Positions 26,427-35,609 of a stretch of 37,910 nt of DNA are shown here, in pieces (within the stretch, counting starts at the first letter, position 1; the number at the start of each line of letters is the position of its first letter). Under the pieces are notes generated by a model. The model did no database searches and had not been told where the DNA came from. It saw nothing but the letters and a program-made list of their open reading frames with translations. The position numbers and the translations under genes are program-made. The DNA lies in the IMG/VR virus record IMGVR_UViG_3300005804_000099, positions 1 through 37,910 of that record. One strand, given 5' to 3'. This stretch comes from a virus. Lineage: Duplodnaviria; Caudoviricetes.

Positions 26427-27509
26427 TTAAACCAGCTCATCTGTTTTTCCTTTCTCCGGAAATTTCCGGTATTCCTTGCCTTCGAGCATGTGTCCGGCGG
26501 CTTTTTTGCCAACGCGAACCATCAAGCCGTCTGCGCGAAAAAAATGAGGGTGCTCTTGTTTATCCATGCAATTGATCGAGCCACCCGACAAAACCTCGCC
26601 CATTGGATGCCATTCGCCCCACTGCTTGAAAAAGAACGGCACACCAGCGGCTTTGCACTGATCGCGCAGCGACCTTACCCAGTCCGGGTGCATCGGCCTG
26701 GCTCCCGGGCCGGTTTCGCCGCCGCAGATTACCCAGTCGAGAGCGGGCAGAGCTGTTGCTTCGTTTGGTCTAACCCCGAGCCCATTTATATGCAGTGCTC
26801 CATGCTTGTTTGATTCGGCTCGATAGAATCCGGGCGATACATGACTCTGGCCATTTCCTTCGATCAGTGCCAACGGAAAATCGGCGCGAATGTGCCTGTT
26901 CAGTTTTATCCACCTGCTTTTCCATCTTGGGAAACAGCATTTGCAGCTTGCAATATCAAATCCGAGGTCAATCGGCCCCAACATCGGCTCGATCGAAACA
27001 AAGCGCACAGCCGCAGGAATCTGAAGCAAAATTGGAATGCGCTCATCTGCGCGGGCCTGATTTTCTGCTGTGACGCCAAACCAGATGTTTTTGGGAAATT
27101 CTTCTCCGGACGGCGGCATGCCGTGAAAGTCATCAGGAACCAGACCCCAGTTGTGAAACAGTTGCAGTGCGCGGGCGGGCCTTTTTGTCAAAATGATAAA
27201 AGTGTGTTGAGGGGCCTTTACCGCTACCTCAATCACCCGCAAAATGAAGTCTGCGGGCACGTCATCGTGAAACAGATCTGACATCGAGCAGACAAAAATG
27301 CGTTTCGGCTTTTTGATTTTCAGCGGCTCCTGCAGTGCCTCTGGGTGGCACTTCACAGCGAAGCCCTGAGCGTATTTTTTCGGGGCCATCAGCTGCAGGC
27401 GCTTTGACATGCGCTCGGCGTAGCAGTTCTGGCAGCCTTCAGATATCTTTGTGCAGCCAGTGACGGGATTCCAGACCATATCAGCCCAGTCAATTTTCGT
27501 TTTGCTCAT
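26427..27509 (-). CDS. phage Gp37/Gp68 family protein (DUF5131)
   Basis: Motifs WNPVTGCTKISEGCQNCYA, SMSDLFH, LTKRP, SIEP, WVICGGETG, FFFKQWG. Confidence 0.92.
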   Translation of the reverse strand: MSKTKIDWADMVWNPVTGCTKISEGCQNCYAERMSKRLQLMAPKKYAQGFAVKCHPEALQEPLKIKKPKRIFVCSMSDLFHDDVPADFILRVIEVAVKAPQHTFIILTKRPARALQLFHNWGLVPDDFHGMPPSGEEFPKNIWFGVTAENQARADERIPILLQIPAAVRFVSIEPMLGPIDLGFDIASCKCCFPRWKSRWIKLNRHIRADFPLALIEGNGQSHVSPGFYRAESNKHGALHINGLGVRPNEATALPALDWVICGGETGPGARPMHPDWVRSLRDQCKAAGVPFFFKQWGEWHPMGEVLSGGSINCMDKQEHPHFFRADGLMVRVGKKAAGHMLEGKEYRKFPEKGKTDELV

Positions 27510-28048
27510 AATCCACCTCTCTTGTTTGTATTCTTCATTTCAAGCTGCTTTCTCATTTGATGCTTGCTTAAGCCCTCAGCCAGCAAACCAACTTTAAAGA
27601 CCATTGTTTGTTCTTCTCCGGACAGTGAATCTATGTCTATGGCTTGTCCGTCTTTTGTAAAAATTCTATTTTTTTGTATAAATGCCTTTTGAAACAGTTT
27701 TAAATCAGCTTCATAAGCGCGTTTATAGAAGTCAAAAACTGCTTCTATTTCGACTTTTTCAGCAGGAGTGCATTCGGCTTGTATACAAGATGGCCTGTGC
27801 TTATATTTGTATATTGCTGCGCCAGAGCCAAGAACCATAAACGCGATCTGAACAAGCAAAAACCGATGATCTACCATGCAACGGAACATTTCTCTTTCGC
27901 GCTTAATTGATTCTAAGGCTTCAAGAGAAATGTTATTTTCTGACATAATTCTGGAAAGCAGCCTTTCGGCATTTGTTTTTTCGCCATCAACGCCTCTCGA
28001 CGCGAGTGCGTGCAGTTTTTTTGCCAAATCAATAAGTTTTTTATTCAC
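27506..28048 (-). CDS. DUF2786-like protein
   Basis: KKLHALASRGVDGEKTNAERLL N-terminal pattern. Confidence 0.65.
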   Translation of the reverse strand: MNKKLIDLAKKLHALASRGVDGEKTNAERLLSRIMSENNISLEALESIKREREMFRCMVDHRFLLVQIAFMVLGSGAAIYKYKHRPSCIQAECTPAEKVEIEAVFDFYKRAYEADLKLFQKAFIQKNRIFTKDGQAIDIDSLSGEEQTMVFKVGLLAEGLSKHQMRKQLEMKNTNKRGGL

Positions 28049-28184
28049 CTTTCTCTCCTTTCATTCGCTTAATTCTCCGCTGCCTCCGCAGCTCCCGCGC
28101 GAGTATCGCCCTGCAATCTCGCAGCATCACGTTTGCGCTGTAGGGCAGCAGCGGGTGTGATTTAGGTATGCGGGGCAGCTTCAT
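28041..28184 (-). CDS. small basic hypothetical protein (47 aa, MKLPRIPKSHPLLPY...), not in the ORF track
   Basis: ATG overlaps the HNH stop (ATGA); its stop overlaps the next GTG start. Confidence 0.5.
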   Translation of the reverse strand: MKLPRIPKSHPLLPYSANVMLRDCRAILARELRRQRRIKRMKGEKGE

Positions 28185-28774
28185 AAATTCGACCTCGTAG
28201 GCCATTGTCCAGCCTGAATAGCCGCCTGCATGTCTGCCATCGTCGAAAAAAGATATAAATTTTCCAATCTGTTGTTGAGTAGGTTTCTATCCACGTGGAC
28301 TATTGGTTCATCTGGCGATAATTTCCGGCCAAGGTGCTTTTCCACGATAAACCTATGGTAAAGCTGATAGCTTTTACCGTCGCCAGCCGAGATATATCCC
28401 CTGCCATTTTTCCCTACATAAATTCCGTCTTTAAAAGAAAAGAAACTAGCTACACAAGCGTTGCTACAAAATGCAAGATCGCTTTTTCTCCTAGACTTTC
28501 GCCGGCGAACTTTAATTCCGCATGAAGCACACCGAAAAGTTTCCCAATGCAATAACTCGTGAAGCTTTGCCTTGCATTCAGAGCCACAGCATTCTTCTCT
28601 TTTTTCTGGATTGTGCTTCTGTTTTTTAGCTTCAAAAAAAGTCGAACAAATTACACAGCAAACTGTCTTTTTTCGCTGAAAACAAGGTCTGCTGCAAAAT
28701 TTTGGCAGTTTTCCATGATCAAGATACTTTCTGTGAAAAACTTTTCCGCAGGTCTCGCATTTCGCAGCTATCAA
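28181..28774 (-). CDS. multi-zinc-finger HNH endonuclease-like protein (degenerate active site)
   Basis: Three CxxC...C(S)xxC repeats; YHRFIVEKHLGRKL...HVDRNLLNNRLENL. Confidence 0.8.
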   Translation of the reverse strand: MIAAKCETCGKVFHRKYLDHGKLPKFCSRPCFQRKKTVCCVICSTFFEAKKQKHNPEKREECCGSECKAKLHELLHWETFRCASCGIKVRRRKSRRKSDLAFCSNACVASFFSFKDGIYVGKNGRGYISAGDGKSYQLYHRFIVEKHLGRKLSPDEPIVHVDRNLLNNRLENLYLFSTMADMQAAIQAGQWPTRSNL

Positions 28775-28827
28775 TTGTCATCCACCTCCTCTGCATCTAT
28801 TGCACAATTCACATTCCTGCGGATATT

Positions 28828-29067
28828 TCACAGCCGGCCCCCGTTGATCGTGAAATATTGCAGCAAACTGATCATTTCACCGGAAATATTCACCTGCACC
28901 TGATCAAGCTGCCGTTTCATTTCCTCGGTCAGCTCGATCTTGGCAGCGGCCAGCTCGCTCTGCATTTCAAGCCTGGTTTCGTCGCCCTCTTTATCGACTG
29001 CAGAACTGATCGGGTTGCTGCAGCCGGTCAGGGTCATTAAAATCGCAATAATCAAAAGTTTTTTCAT
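28828..29067 (-). CDS. lipoprotein (79 aa, coiled coil)
   Basis: SD AAGGAG; MKKLLIIAILMTLTG|C lipobox. Confidence 0.75.
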   Translation of the reverse strand: MKKLLIIAILMTLTGCSNPISSAVDKEGDETRLEMQSELAAAKIELTEEMKRQLDQVQVNISGEMISLLQYFTINGGRL

Positions 29068-29080
29068 TGTTTGCTCCTTT

Positions 29081-30424
29081 TCAATTTGTAAAAGCCGCTT
29101 CAGCAAGAGCTTTCGCAAGGGCCGGCGGCACCGCGTTGCCGATCTGTTTAACCTGATCAGCGCGATTGCCTGCAAAACTGTAATCAACGGGAAATGACTG
29201 GGCCGCGGCCAGTTCGTGCGGGCGTAGCATGCGAAATTTGATGTCGAGCTTATGCGGCACGCCTTCGATGACGGCAAACCGGTCTTTGCATGTAATCGTG
29301 TCGAGTGGCTGATTTATGCTTTCCGGTTCCATGCTGTTACCGTAATATTTCATTAAAAATGGCTCTACCAGGCAATGTTCGGCTTTTGTGACGACCGTGG
29401 AAAGCGGCTCATTGATCGACCTGCTGCGGTCTGCTGCGCTGGTTTGGCCGATGGCCGTTATAAATGGCTCAATAAGGGCATGACCACAGCGGGTTGTTAC
29501 TGTCGGTAAAGGCTTATTGATCGGCACACAGTCCATGCCGTTCATTTGATGCAATATCAGGGGTTCGACAAGGCCGTAGTGATTGCCAGAGCATGTAACT
29601 GTCGGCAATGGTCTGTCGACGGAAACTGCTGTACCAGTGCCGCGCAAAACAACAAGAAACGGCTCTGCCCATTTTCCCCAAAAACGTCTGATTCCAGTTT
29701 CTATGCGCCGGATCGTGTTTTCTGCGAGCGGCTTAGAGCGGTCGAAAATCGATTTTCCCTGAATTGACCAGTCGATAACATCGCGGGCCGGAATCCAGAG
29801 TTTTGAGCCGAAAAGACCCGGGGTTTCAGAATGCGTCTGTTCTGGCCAGATGATTTTTCCGCGACCACGAACGGCCTGAACAAAGAGTCGCCGCCTGGTT
29901 GTTGGCGCTCCGAAATCTGCTGCGCACAAAATACGCCAATCGACACGGTAACCAAGAGATTCAAGAGCCTTAACCCACGCCAGAAAAGTCTCGCCTTTTT
30001 TGCTTTGAAGCGGTTTCCCGTCAGTTCCGAGCGGGCCCCAGTCGAGAAATTCTTTTACGTTTTCGATGATGATTCTGTCGATATAAAGATCAGAAGCCCA
30101 TTTCAGCACAAGCCATGCTGAAGCTCTGCTTTGATCAGATTTCGGCGTTCCGCCCCGCGCATTGCTGAAATGAGTGCACTCCGGCGATGCCCAGAGCAAG
30201 TTGACGCGACCGTCAGTTATATGAGTTCTTGGGTCTACGTTCTGGATTGATTCGCAAAGATGCTTAACTTCCGGGTGATTCTTGCTGTGCGTTTCAATTG
30301 CTACCGTCCAATGATTTACAGCAAGCATTTCGAAATCAAAGCCGGCGTCTCTGCAGGCCTGCAAAATTCCAGTTGTTTCGCCGCCAGCTCCGCAGAACAG
30401 GTCAACAATTTTGATTTTTTTCAT
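29081..30424 (-). CDS. DNA cytosine-5 methyltransferase
   Basis: Motifs DLFCGAGG, SPECTHFS, ENV, RRRL, QIGNAVPP; ATG 30424 overlaps the ASCH stop. Confidence 0.92.
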   Translation of the reverse strand: MKKIKIVDLFCGAGGETTGILQACRDAGFDFEMLAVNHWTVAIETHSKNHPEVKHLCESIQNVDPRTHITDGRVNLLWASPECTHFSNARGGTPKSDQSRASAWLVLKWASDLYIDRIIIENVKEFLDWGPLGTDGKPLQSKKGETFLAWVKALESLGYRVDWRILCAADFGAPTTRRRLFVQAVRGRGKIIWPEQTHSETPGLFGSKLWIPARDVIDWSIQGKSIFDRSKPLAENTIRRIETGIRRFWGKWAEPFLVVLRGTGTAVSVDRPLPTVTCSGNHYGLVEPLILHQMNGMDCVPINKPLPTVTTRCGHALIEPFITAIGQTSAADRSRSINEPLSTVVTKAEHCLVEPFLMKYYGNSMEPESINQPLDTITCKDRFAVIEGVPHKLDIKFRMLRPHELAAAQSFPVDYSFAGNRADQVKQIGNAVPPALAKALAEAAFTN

Positions 30425-30747
30425 ATCCGGTCTCCGATCTGGATCACGAAGTATTCTTTGCCGGGCTCTGCCCCCCAGGCGGGGCGACCGGTTCGAATTA
30501 CCAGGCCGCGGCATTTAAAACGCATCTGAGGGCGGTCTTTCTTGTAGCCGTGCGAAAAGCAGATGATGACGTTTTTCGGCGAGTGACAGATGCCAGCGAT
30601 TTTGATTTGGCAATAGCCCAAGAAACATTCAAAAAACTTCTGCCAGTAGGGCTTTATTTCCCGGTATTCTTCCTGTTTTTCGCCGGAAGCAATCATGTCA
30701 AACCAGCGTTTTTTAAGATTTAAGTGCAGTATTGGTGGCTGTTTCAT
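30421..30747 (-). CDS. ASCH domain protein
   Basis: LHLNLKKRWFDMIASGEKQEEYRE motif. Confidence 0.8.
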   Translation of the reverse strand: MKQPPILHLNLKKRWFDMIASGEKQEEYREIKPYWQKFFECFLGYCQIKIAGICHSPKNVIICFSHGYKKDRPQMRFKCRGLVIRTGRPAWGAEPGKEYFVIQIGDRI

Positions 30748-31060
30748 TAAACTTTTCCTTTTCTTCAGCCATTTGCTGTAAAGTTCGACCGATTTTTAAA
30801 TTGATTGCTCCCTGCAAGTCCTTCCGAAAGCCTTTGTTTTCAACGATTTCTTCCAGCTGACAAAGCATGATTTTGCAATCTGCAATTTCTTCGATAATCG
30901 CAGCGTTCTGTTTTTCATTATTGGTGATCAAAACGCCTTTGTTTGCCACTTTTGCAAGTGCTTTAATAAGCCCTGCCAGCTCTTCAATTGCTTTGATCAT
31001 CTGGTTCTGTTCGCCATAATGGCGCAAAATTGCTATACAAGCATTTCTATAAAGATGCAT
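30713..31060 (-). CDS. MazG-like nucleotide pyrophosphohydrolase fold protein
   Basis: KAIEELAGL...EEIADCKIM acidic motif. Confidence 0.7.
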   Translation of the reverse strand: MHLYRNACIAILRHYGEQNQMIKAIEELAGLIKALAKVANKGVLITNNEKQNAAIIEEIADCKIMLCQLEEIVENKGFRKDLQGAINLKIGRTLQQMAEEKEKFNETATNTALKS

Positions 31061-31452
31061 TACGCGGCCTCCTCATCGGGTTGGTTATTTACGAAGCTGA
31101 ACAGGTCCCCACTCACAAATTGGCCAGGGGGCGGGCACTGTTTCGAGCTTTGACAAGGCTGAAATTGTGCAGGTGACTTCGAGCTTTCCGGCCTTGAATC
31201 TGTGCTTGTGCCACCTGCACGAAAGGCAGGAGATTCGTTGTCTTCTCCCCATAATTTTTGCTGCTCCTGATAAGCTTTTACGCATGCTTCGTTGCCACAT
31301 ACTCGGCAATCTTCGGGGGTTCTCAGGGGTAAAGGGCATTCGTTCAAGGCCGTTCTAATCGCCAGATTTTGAATTTTGAATACCTTTGCCTCTTCATCCC
31401 ATTGTTTCTGCAGTTCGGCTCGATGCCTGGCTGCATGATCTTTTTTAGACAC
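31060..31452 (-). CDS. hypothetical protein
   Basis: ORF track; coupled to neighbours. Confidence 0.55.
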   Translation of the reverse strand: MSKKDHAARHRAELQKQWDEEAKVFKIQNLAIRTALNECPLPLRTPEDCRVCGNEACVKAYQEQQKLWGEDNESPAFRAGGTSTDSRPESSKSPAQFQPCQSSKQCPPPGQFVSGDLFSFVNNQPDEEAA

Positions 31453-31645
31453 CCTGGGTTGCCTCCAAGGTCTGTTTGGTTTTTATCGCCAGATCGCGCC
31501 AGTAATCGCGATCACGTTCGGCATCATTCAAGCGCTTGCCCAGGCTGATAATCATTTTGCAGTCATCAGTCTTCAAGCCGGTTGCCATGGCCAGTATGTC
31601 TACTTCACTCAGATGCTTTTCTTTTCCGTCTACAAAGATTTTCAA
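31445..31645 (-). CDS. hypothetical protein
   Basis: SD AGGAGG; TTGA overlap with dnaB. Confidence 0.6.
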   Translation of the reverse strand: MKIFVDGKEKHLSEVDILAMATGLKTDDCKMIISLGKRLNDAERDRDYWRDLAIKTKQTLEATQGV

Positions 31646-32913
31646 GATGGTTCCTCCTGAGTTGAGATGCGATAAAAGCGCTGGTGATCGGCGTTAAAAA
31701 TCGCCATTCTGGCGCCGACGCCAACGTCGCGGCCTTTTGCCTGAATAATGAAAACCTTTTTGTGTCGGTCTTCGGTCTTCTGGCCGCTGTCGTGCAGGAA
31801 AATAACCACGTCGGCATCCTGCTCGATCGAGCCGGATTCACGCAGATCACTCAGGCGGGGGGGCCGCTTTTCGCTTTCACATGCGCGACTGAGCTGAGAA
31901 AGCAGTATTACTGGCACATGCAGCTCTTTGGCCATGTTTTTGCAACCGCGGCTGACTGTTCCGACTGCCTGGTCTCGGGTATCGCCTTCGCAGTTCACCA
32001 GCTGCAAATAGTCGATGATGATCAGTTTGCAGCCCTCTTCGACCTGGCGTCGGGCGATGCGCCTCATGCTTTGAATTGTCTGGTCAGCCTGGTCGAAAAC
32101 CCTGATGCGGCCGGATGTCTGAATTAAAGAATCAGCAGCTTCAAGCAAATTTTTCCTTATTTCGGAAGGCACCTCTGAAGGCTTTCTTGCGGCGAGCTTT
32201 GTATTCTGCAGGGCCGTTGCAGCCAGAAGTCTCGCAGCGAGCTTTGCTTTGCTCATTTCCAGAGAAAACAGTGTTACCATTTCGCCGCAATCGGTAGCGA
32301 TCTGAAGCGCCTGAGCCGTTTTGCCATTACTGGGCCGAGCTGCAATCACAATCAGATCACCCGGCATAAACCCGCCGCCGTTAAGCTCATCGAGAATTTC
32401 AGACCGCGTTGCAAACAGGTCAAAATTGTCTTCGCACAAGTCGATTTTACGAATCAGCGTGGCTGAAGCTTCGGTCAGGTCTCCTAGATCGCCGCTATCG
32501 AGATACTTCGACGCAAGAAAGGCTTCGCGTTCAGCGATTTCCCGCGAAAGTTCGACCAGATCTTCATTTTTAGAACGCTGCTGAACTTCACGACGCAAAG
32601 ATTCAATCTGGTCTTTGTAAACCTGCTGCTTGAGCCGATCGAGATAATGCTGCAGGTTTTTCGAAGTTGGCACCGCGTTCAAAACGTCTGAAAGCTGGCT
32701 GATATCTACCTTCAGGCCGTGATTCGTCGCCCAGGTGCGAACCAGAACCATGTCGATCGGCCGGGCCTCGATCGCGGCGCAGATAATTGCTTTTGCCGGT
32801 GGATGCAGGAAATCTTCGGGGGCCAAATCCACCGCCGTGATGTTTTCGCCGCTGGCGATAAGAACGCAACCGGCAACACAGATTTCAAGTTCAAGTCTCG
32901 TTAAATTATTCAT
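31642..32913 (-). CDS. dnaB: replicative DNA helicase, DnaB-like
   Basis: Motifs AARPSNGKT, FSLEM, IIDYLQL, SQLSR, DLRESGSIEQDAD. Confidence 0.95.
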   Translation of the reverse strand: MNNLTRLELEICVAGCVLIASGENITAVDLAPEDFLHPPAKAIICAAIEARPIDMVLVRTWATNHGLKVDISQLSDVLNAVPTSKNLQHYLDRLKQQVYKDQIESLRREVQQRSKNEDLVELSREIAEREAFLASKYLDSGDLGDLTEASATLIRKIDLCEDNFDLFATRSEILDELNGGGFMPGDLIVIAARPSNGKTAQALQIATDCGEMVTLFSLEMSKAKLAARLLAATALQNTKLAARKPSEVPSEIRKNLLEAADSLIQTSGRIRVFDQADQTIQSMRRIARRQVEEGCKLIIIDYLQLVNCEGDTRDQAVGTVSRGCKNMAKELHVPVILLSQLSRACESEKRPPRLSDLRESGSIEQDADVVIFLHDSGQKTEDRHKKVFIIQAKGRDVGVGARMAIFNADHQRFYRISTQEEPS

Positions 32914-33854
32914 GATAAGCTGCCATATTGCCCTTCGAGTTCGGTCACAAGGGCGTCTTCTCCTTTTTTGGATGTTTCAGACTTGCGCTTAACCGCAATC
33001 AGGGAACGAATAACCCAGTCAGCCTTGAACGAATTAATATTCGGATTCTCGGCAAGCAGCGTTTTAAGATGCTCTGCGGTGCAACCCTGCTCGATTGCAT
33101 AAGAAACGTGCATTTTTTCCTGCTCAGTAAGCATCATTGCGCCGATTGCGCTTCTGAATTCTTCCAGTTGCGCGACCGTGGCAGTGATTTTGCCGCTGAT
33201 TACAGTTGGGGTCGGGTCTTCGATCTGGCCCGGTGGGGGTAAAAATGCCGAGGCTTCAAAAACGCCCTTTTTTTTCGATTCCTGGGTTTCAGAATTTTGC
33301 GGATTATTATTATTTAATTTATTATTATTTACTTTACTTTTTGCGGAATTACGCCGCCTTGCGGGTATATCTTCGGGTTTCTCTGTTGTTTCCGGTAATT
33401 CCCCGTAATTCTCCGCATAATCCGAAAGCCCCGAAGCAAGATATTCTGACCTGATTATGTCTTCAGGCTTGTAGCTTCTCTTGCTTGTCGCTGTTTTCGC
33501 AGCAATGAATCTGGCCTGCATCGACGCACTGGTGAGAATTTTGTGACGGTCATACAGATCTTTGTTGAACAGTCCGATTTCAAGACAGACGGTTTTAACT
33601 TCGTTGACAAGGCCTGCAGAGAATCCCGCGCCCAGCAAATCGGCGATATCCTGTGAGTATTCGGCATCCCACTCGATGAAGTAACCGTTTTCACGGTATG
33701 CTTCGCAAAGCAGGCAGATAAATACCAGGGCGCCTTTGCCGCCAAAGCCACCTTTGCCGCCGATCCCGTTCAACAACCGCCGAATTTTGCGACAGTTGAA
33801 AAAGTCGGTGTCAAAAGAAAAGTAAGCGAGAGAGTTCTTTAGAGGTCTGGCCAT
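32910..33854 (-). CDS. replication initiator, DUF4373/Lin1244-like
   Basis: MARPLKNSLAYFSFDTDFF N-terminus, ILTSASMQARF; directly upstream of dnaB. Confidence 0.8.
   Translation of the reverse strand: MARPLKNSLAYFSFDTDFFNCRKIRRLLNGIGGKGGFGGKGALVFICLLCEAYRENGYFIEWDAEYSQDIADLLGAGFSAGLVNEVKTVCLEIGLFNKDLYDRHKILTSASMQARFIAAKTATSKRSYKPEDIIRSEYLASGLSDYAENYGELPETTEKPEDIPARRRNSAKSKVNNNKLNNNNPQNSETQESKKKGVFEASAFLPPPGQIEDPTPTVISGKITATVAQLEEFRSAIGAMMLTEQEKMHVSYAIEQGCTAEHLKTLLAENPNINSFKADWVIRSLIAVKRKSETSKKGEDALVTELEGQYGSLS
33299..33423. repeat. candidate replication origin: iteron-like (C)GTAATTC(C/T) repeats flanking an AT-rich tract
   Basis: ccggtaattcc, ccgtaattctc and cgcataatcc, plus inverted gcggaattacg and gcggattatt, around the TTATTA run at 33303-33343, inside the initiator gene. 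Confidence 0.45.
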
Positions 33855-33862
33855 AAGTTATC

Positions 33863-34060
33863 TCAGTTCTGATTTGTTGATTTCGGACAGCTGACAAAAT
33901 GTGAAACATTCACAAAAACACAGTGCGTATGCCCGTCACGGCCCTTGACCGCAGCAAAGGTTTTTGCCAGGTCGAAAGGGTGCGGCTTGCCGTTTTTCGT
34001 TCGCTTCCAGATTATTGTTGCTCCGCAATGCGAGCAGGTTTGGGGTTTGCTTTCTGACAT
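33863..34060 (-). CDS. small zinc-binding hypothetical protein
   Basis: CSHCGATIIW...SHFVSCP. Confidence 0.7.
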   Translation of the reverse strand: MSESKPQTCSHCGATIIWKRTKNGKPHPFDLAKTFAAVKGRDGHTHCVFVNVSHFVSCPKSTNQN

Positions 34061-34069
34061 GGGTTACCT

Positions 34070-34101
34070 CGGGGGCCGGCTTGCGCCGACCCCCGCTTTT
34101 T
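34070..34101 (+). terminator. GC-rich hairpin (GCAA tetraloop on the minus strand; U-tract on the plus strand)
   Basis: CGGGGGCCGGC-TTGC-GCCGACCCCCG-CTTTTT. Confidence 0.5.
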
Positions 34102-34916
34102 CAGTAGTTGCGAATGATGAGCAGATTTTCCAGGCTCTTGACCTGTTCGCAGAAGGCGCTGTATTCGTCTTCACGTATTTGGTCGAGAACCAGATCCATG
34201 CCGGGCAGGGTCATTACAAAGAAAATCTTGCCGTTATCGTCATCAAGAACTGGGGTCAGGTGCAGCGAGAATTCATACGAAATAGAAGAGCCGCGGACTA
34301 CCTGGCCCTTGAACGGGATTTCGGACGGGCAAACCGCCTTTTGAGTCGCATTGCTTGAATCAACGCGCTGTTCCCACGAAAACGCGCCACACTGTTCGCC
34401 GTCAGAAAAAATCGGATCACTTACAAAGGCGACCTTTTTGTCGATCCGGAGTTTAGAAATGGTGTAACGAAGGCTTTCATAGCCGGGAATGTACTTTCTG
34501 ACAGAATCAAGGGCAAAAACCAGATCTTTGTGGCTAATCGGCTTGCCGGTAGCCATCTGGACGATAACTTCCCAGAGATGCGTAAATCTCCGGCGGAAAA
34601 ACCATTTGTCCTGTTTGAAGCGGTTCAGATCATCGATGAAGAATTCCGCGCCGTTTTCGCAGAAAATGACAGTTCTTCTCAGGCCGGCGGCGTGTTTATC
34701 ATCAGAACGTCGCTTGTCTTCTTCAATAACGACTTTTGCAAACGAATCGACGTTGCAAACGGTCCGAATAAAGGGCTTTTCGTTTTCGTCCTTCTGGGCC
34801 AGGTCGTATTTTTTCTGGGCATCGTTGTAAATGTAAGAATCAGACCCGATTGTTATCGTTTCCGGGCGCTTTTTCGTAGGATCGATCAGTTTTTCAATGA
34901 TTTCTACGGGGTTCAT
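34101..34916 (-). CDS. YfdQ/DUF2303-like phage protein
   Basis: 271 aa paired with an upstream ~120-aa gene; TVCNVDSF and PSEIPF patterns. Confidence 0.5.
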   Translation of the reverse strand: MNPVEIIEKLIDPTKKRPETITIGSDSYIYNDAQKKYDLAQKDENEKPFIRTVCNVDSFAKVVIEEDKRRSDDKHAAGLRRTVIFCENGAEFFIDDLNRFKQDKWFFRRRFTHLWEVIVQMATGKPISHKDLVFALDSVRKYIPGYESLRYTISKLRIDKKVAFVSDPIFSDGEQCGAFSWEQRVDSSNATQKAVCPSEIPFKGQVVRGSSISYEFSLHLTPVLDDDNGKIFFVMTLPGMDLVLDQIREDEYSAFCEQVKSLENLLIIRNY

Positions 34917-34930
34917 GTCGAGCCAGCTCC

Positions 34931-35296
34931 TTATGCTGCAGTAGTGCGTTTGAGCGGTGCGGCCACTTCGCCGTCAGAGTCAAACATCTTGCCCTGGTTG
35001 CCGTCTTCGAGAGTGATATTGCCTTTGGCATCGCGATAGAACGCGCGACTGTTCTTGATTTCGAAGTCGGGCAGAGCGGTTTTGAGGGTTGCTTTCGTTT
35101 CGAATCTGCGGTCAGATTCGCGATCGAAGTCGAGTGTGACGGTCAGCTTCGACTTTTTGCCGGTAACCATCGTGCGATAGATGGCTTCCTGCATCGCGCT
35201 GTGAATCATGTCATCCAGCATGCCGACGCGGCCGTCGTGACAGACTTCCAAGAGGGGCATCATTTCAACAAATCCGATTTTTTTGTCATCCTTCAT
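34931..35296 (-). CDS. YfdP-like phage protein
   Basis: TGKKSKLTVTLDF...FYRDAKGNITLE..NQ pattern; SD AAGGAG. Confidence 0.5.
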   Translation of the reverse strand: MKDDKKIGFVEMMPLLEVCHDGRVGMLDDMIHSAMQEAIYRTMVTGKKSKLTVTLDFDRESDRRFETKATLKTALPDFEIKNSRAFYRDAKGNITLEDGNQGKMFDSDGEVAAPLKRTTAA

Positions 35297-35519
35297 TGTT
35301 TGTTCTCCTTTCTGCTGCAGCCTGGGAGGGGTTGGCTTCGTTCAGCCGCGCGGTATATTTGAGTCTGAAAAGCATCTTCGCGTCACCATCGGGCCAGTAA
35401 ACATCGAGATTGTTAGCATCTTGAGCGGCTTCGATATCGCTCAGCACAACGCTTTCAGCAACTTCTGCGTCTGCGCAGATCTGCTCGATCGTTCTGAATT
35501 TGTTGTTCAAAGTGCTCAT
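35286..35519 (-). CDS. hypothetical protein
   Basis: SD AAGGAG. Confidence 0.65.
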   Translation of the reverse strand: MSTLNNKFRTIEQICADAEVAESVVLSDIEAAQDANNLDVYWPDGDAKMLFRLKYTARLNEANPSQAAAERRTNNEG

Positions 35520-35538
35520 AAATGCTCCTTTTCAGCGG

Positions 35539-35609
35539 CAGGGGCGGAAGGGTTCGAACCCACGATGTCTGCTCCAAAGGCAGATGCCTTACCACTTGGC
35601 TACACCCCT
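35539..35609 (-). tRNA. tRNA-Gln (anticodon UUG), CCA not encoded
   Basis: Acceptor AGGGGTG/CGCCCCT, D arm GCCAAGTGGTAAGGC, anticodon arm TCTGC-CTTTGGA-GCAGA, T loop TTCGAAC, discriminator G. Confidence 0.9.

Noticed and set aside
35539-35609. tRNA as an attL/attR integration site
   Set aside because: It is complete, lies within the early operon with phage genes on both sides, and I saw no duplicated 3' fragment in the window.
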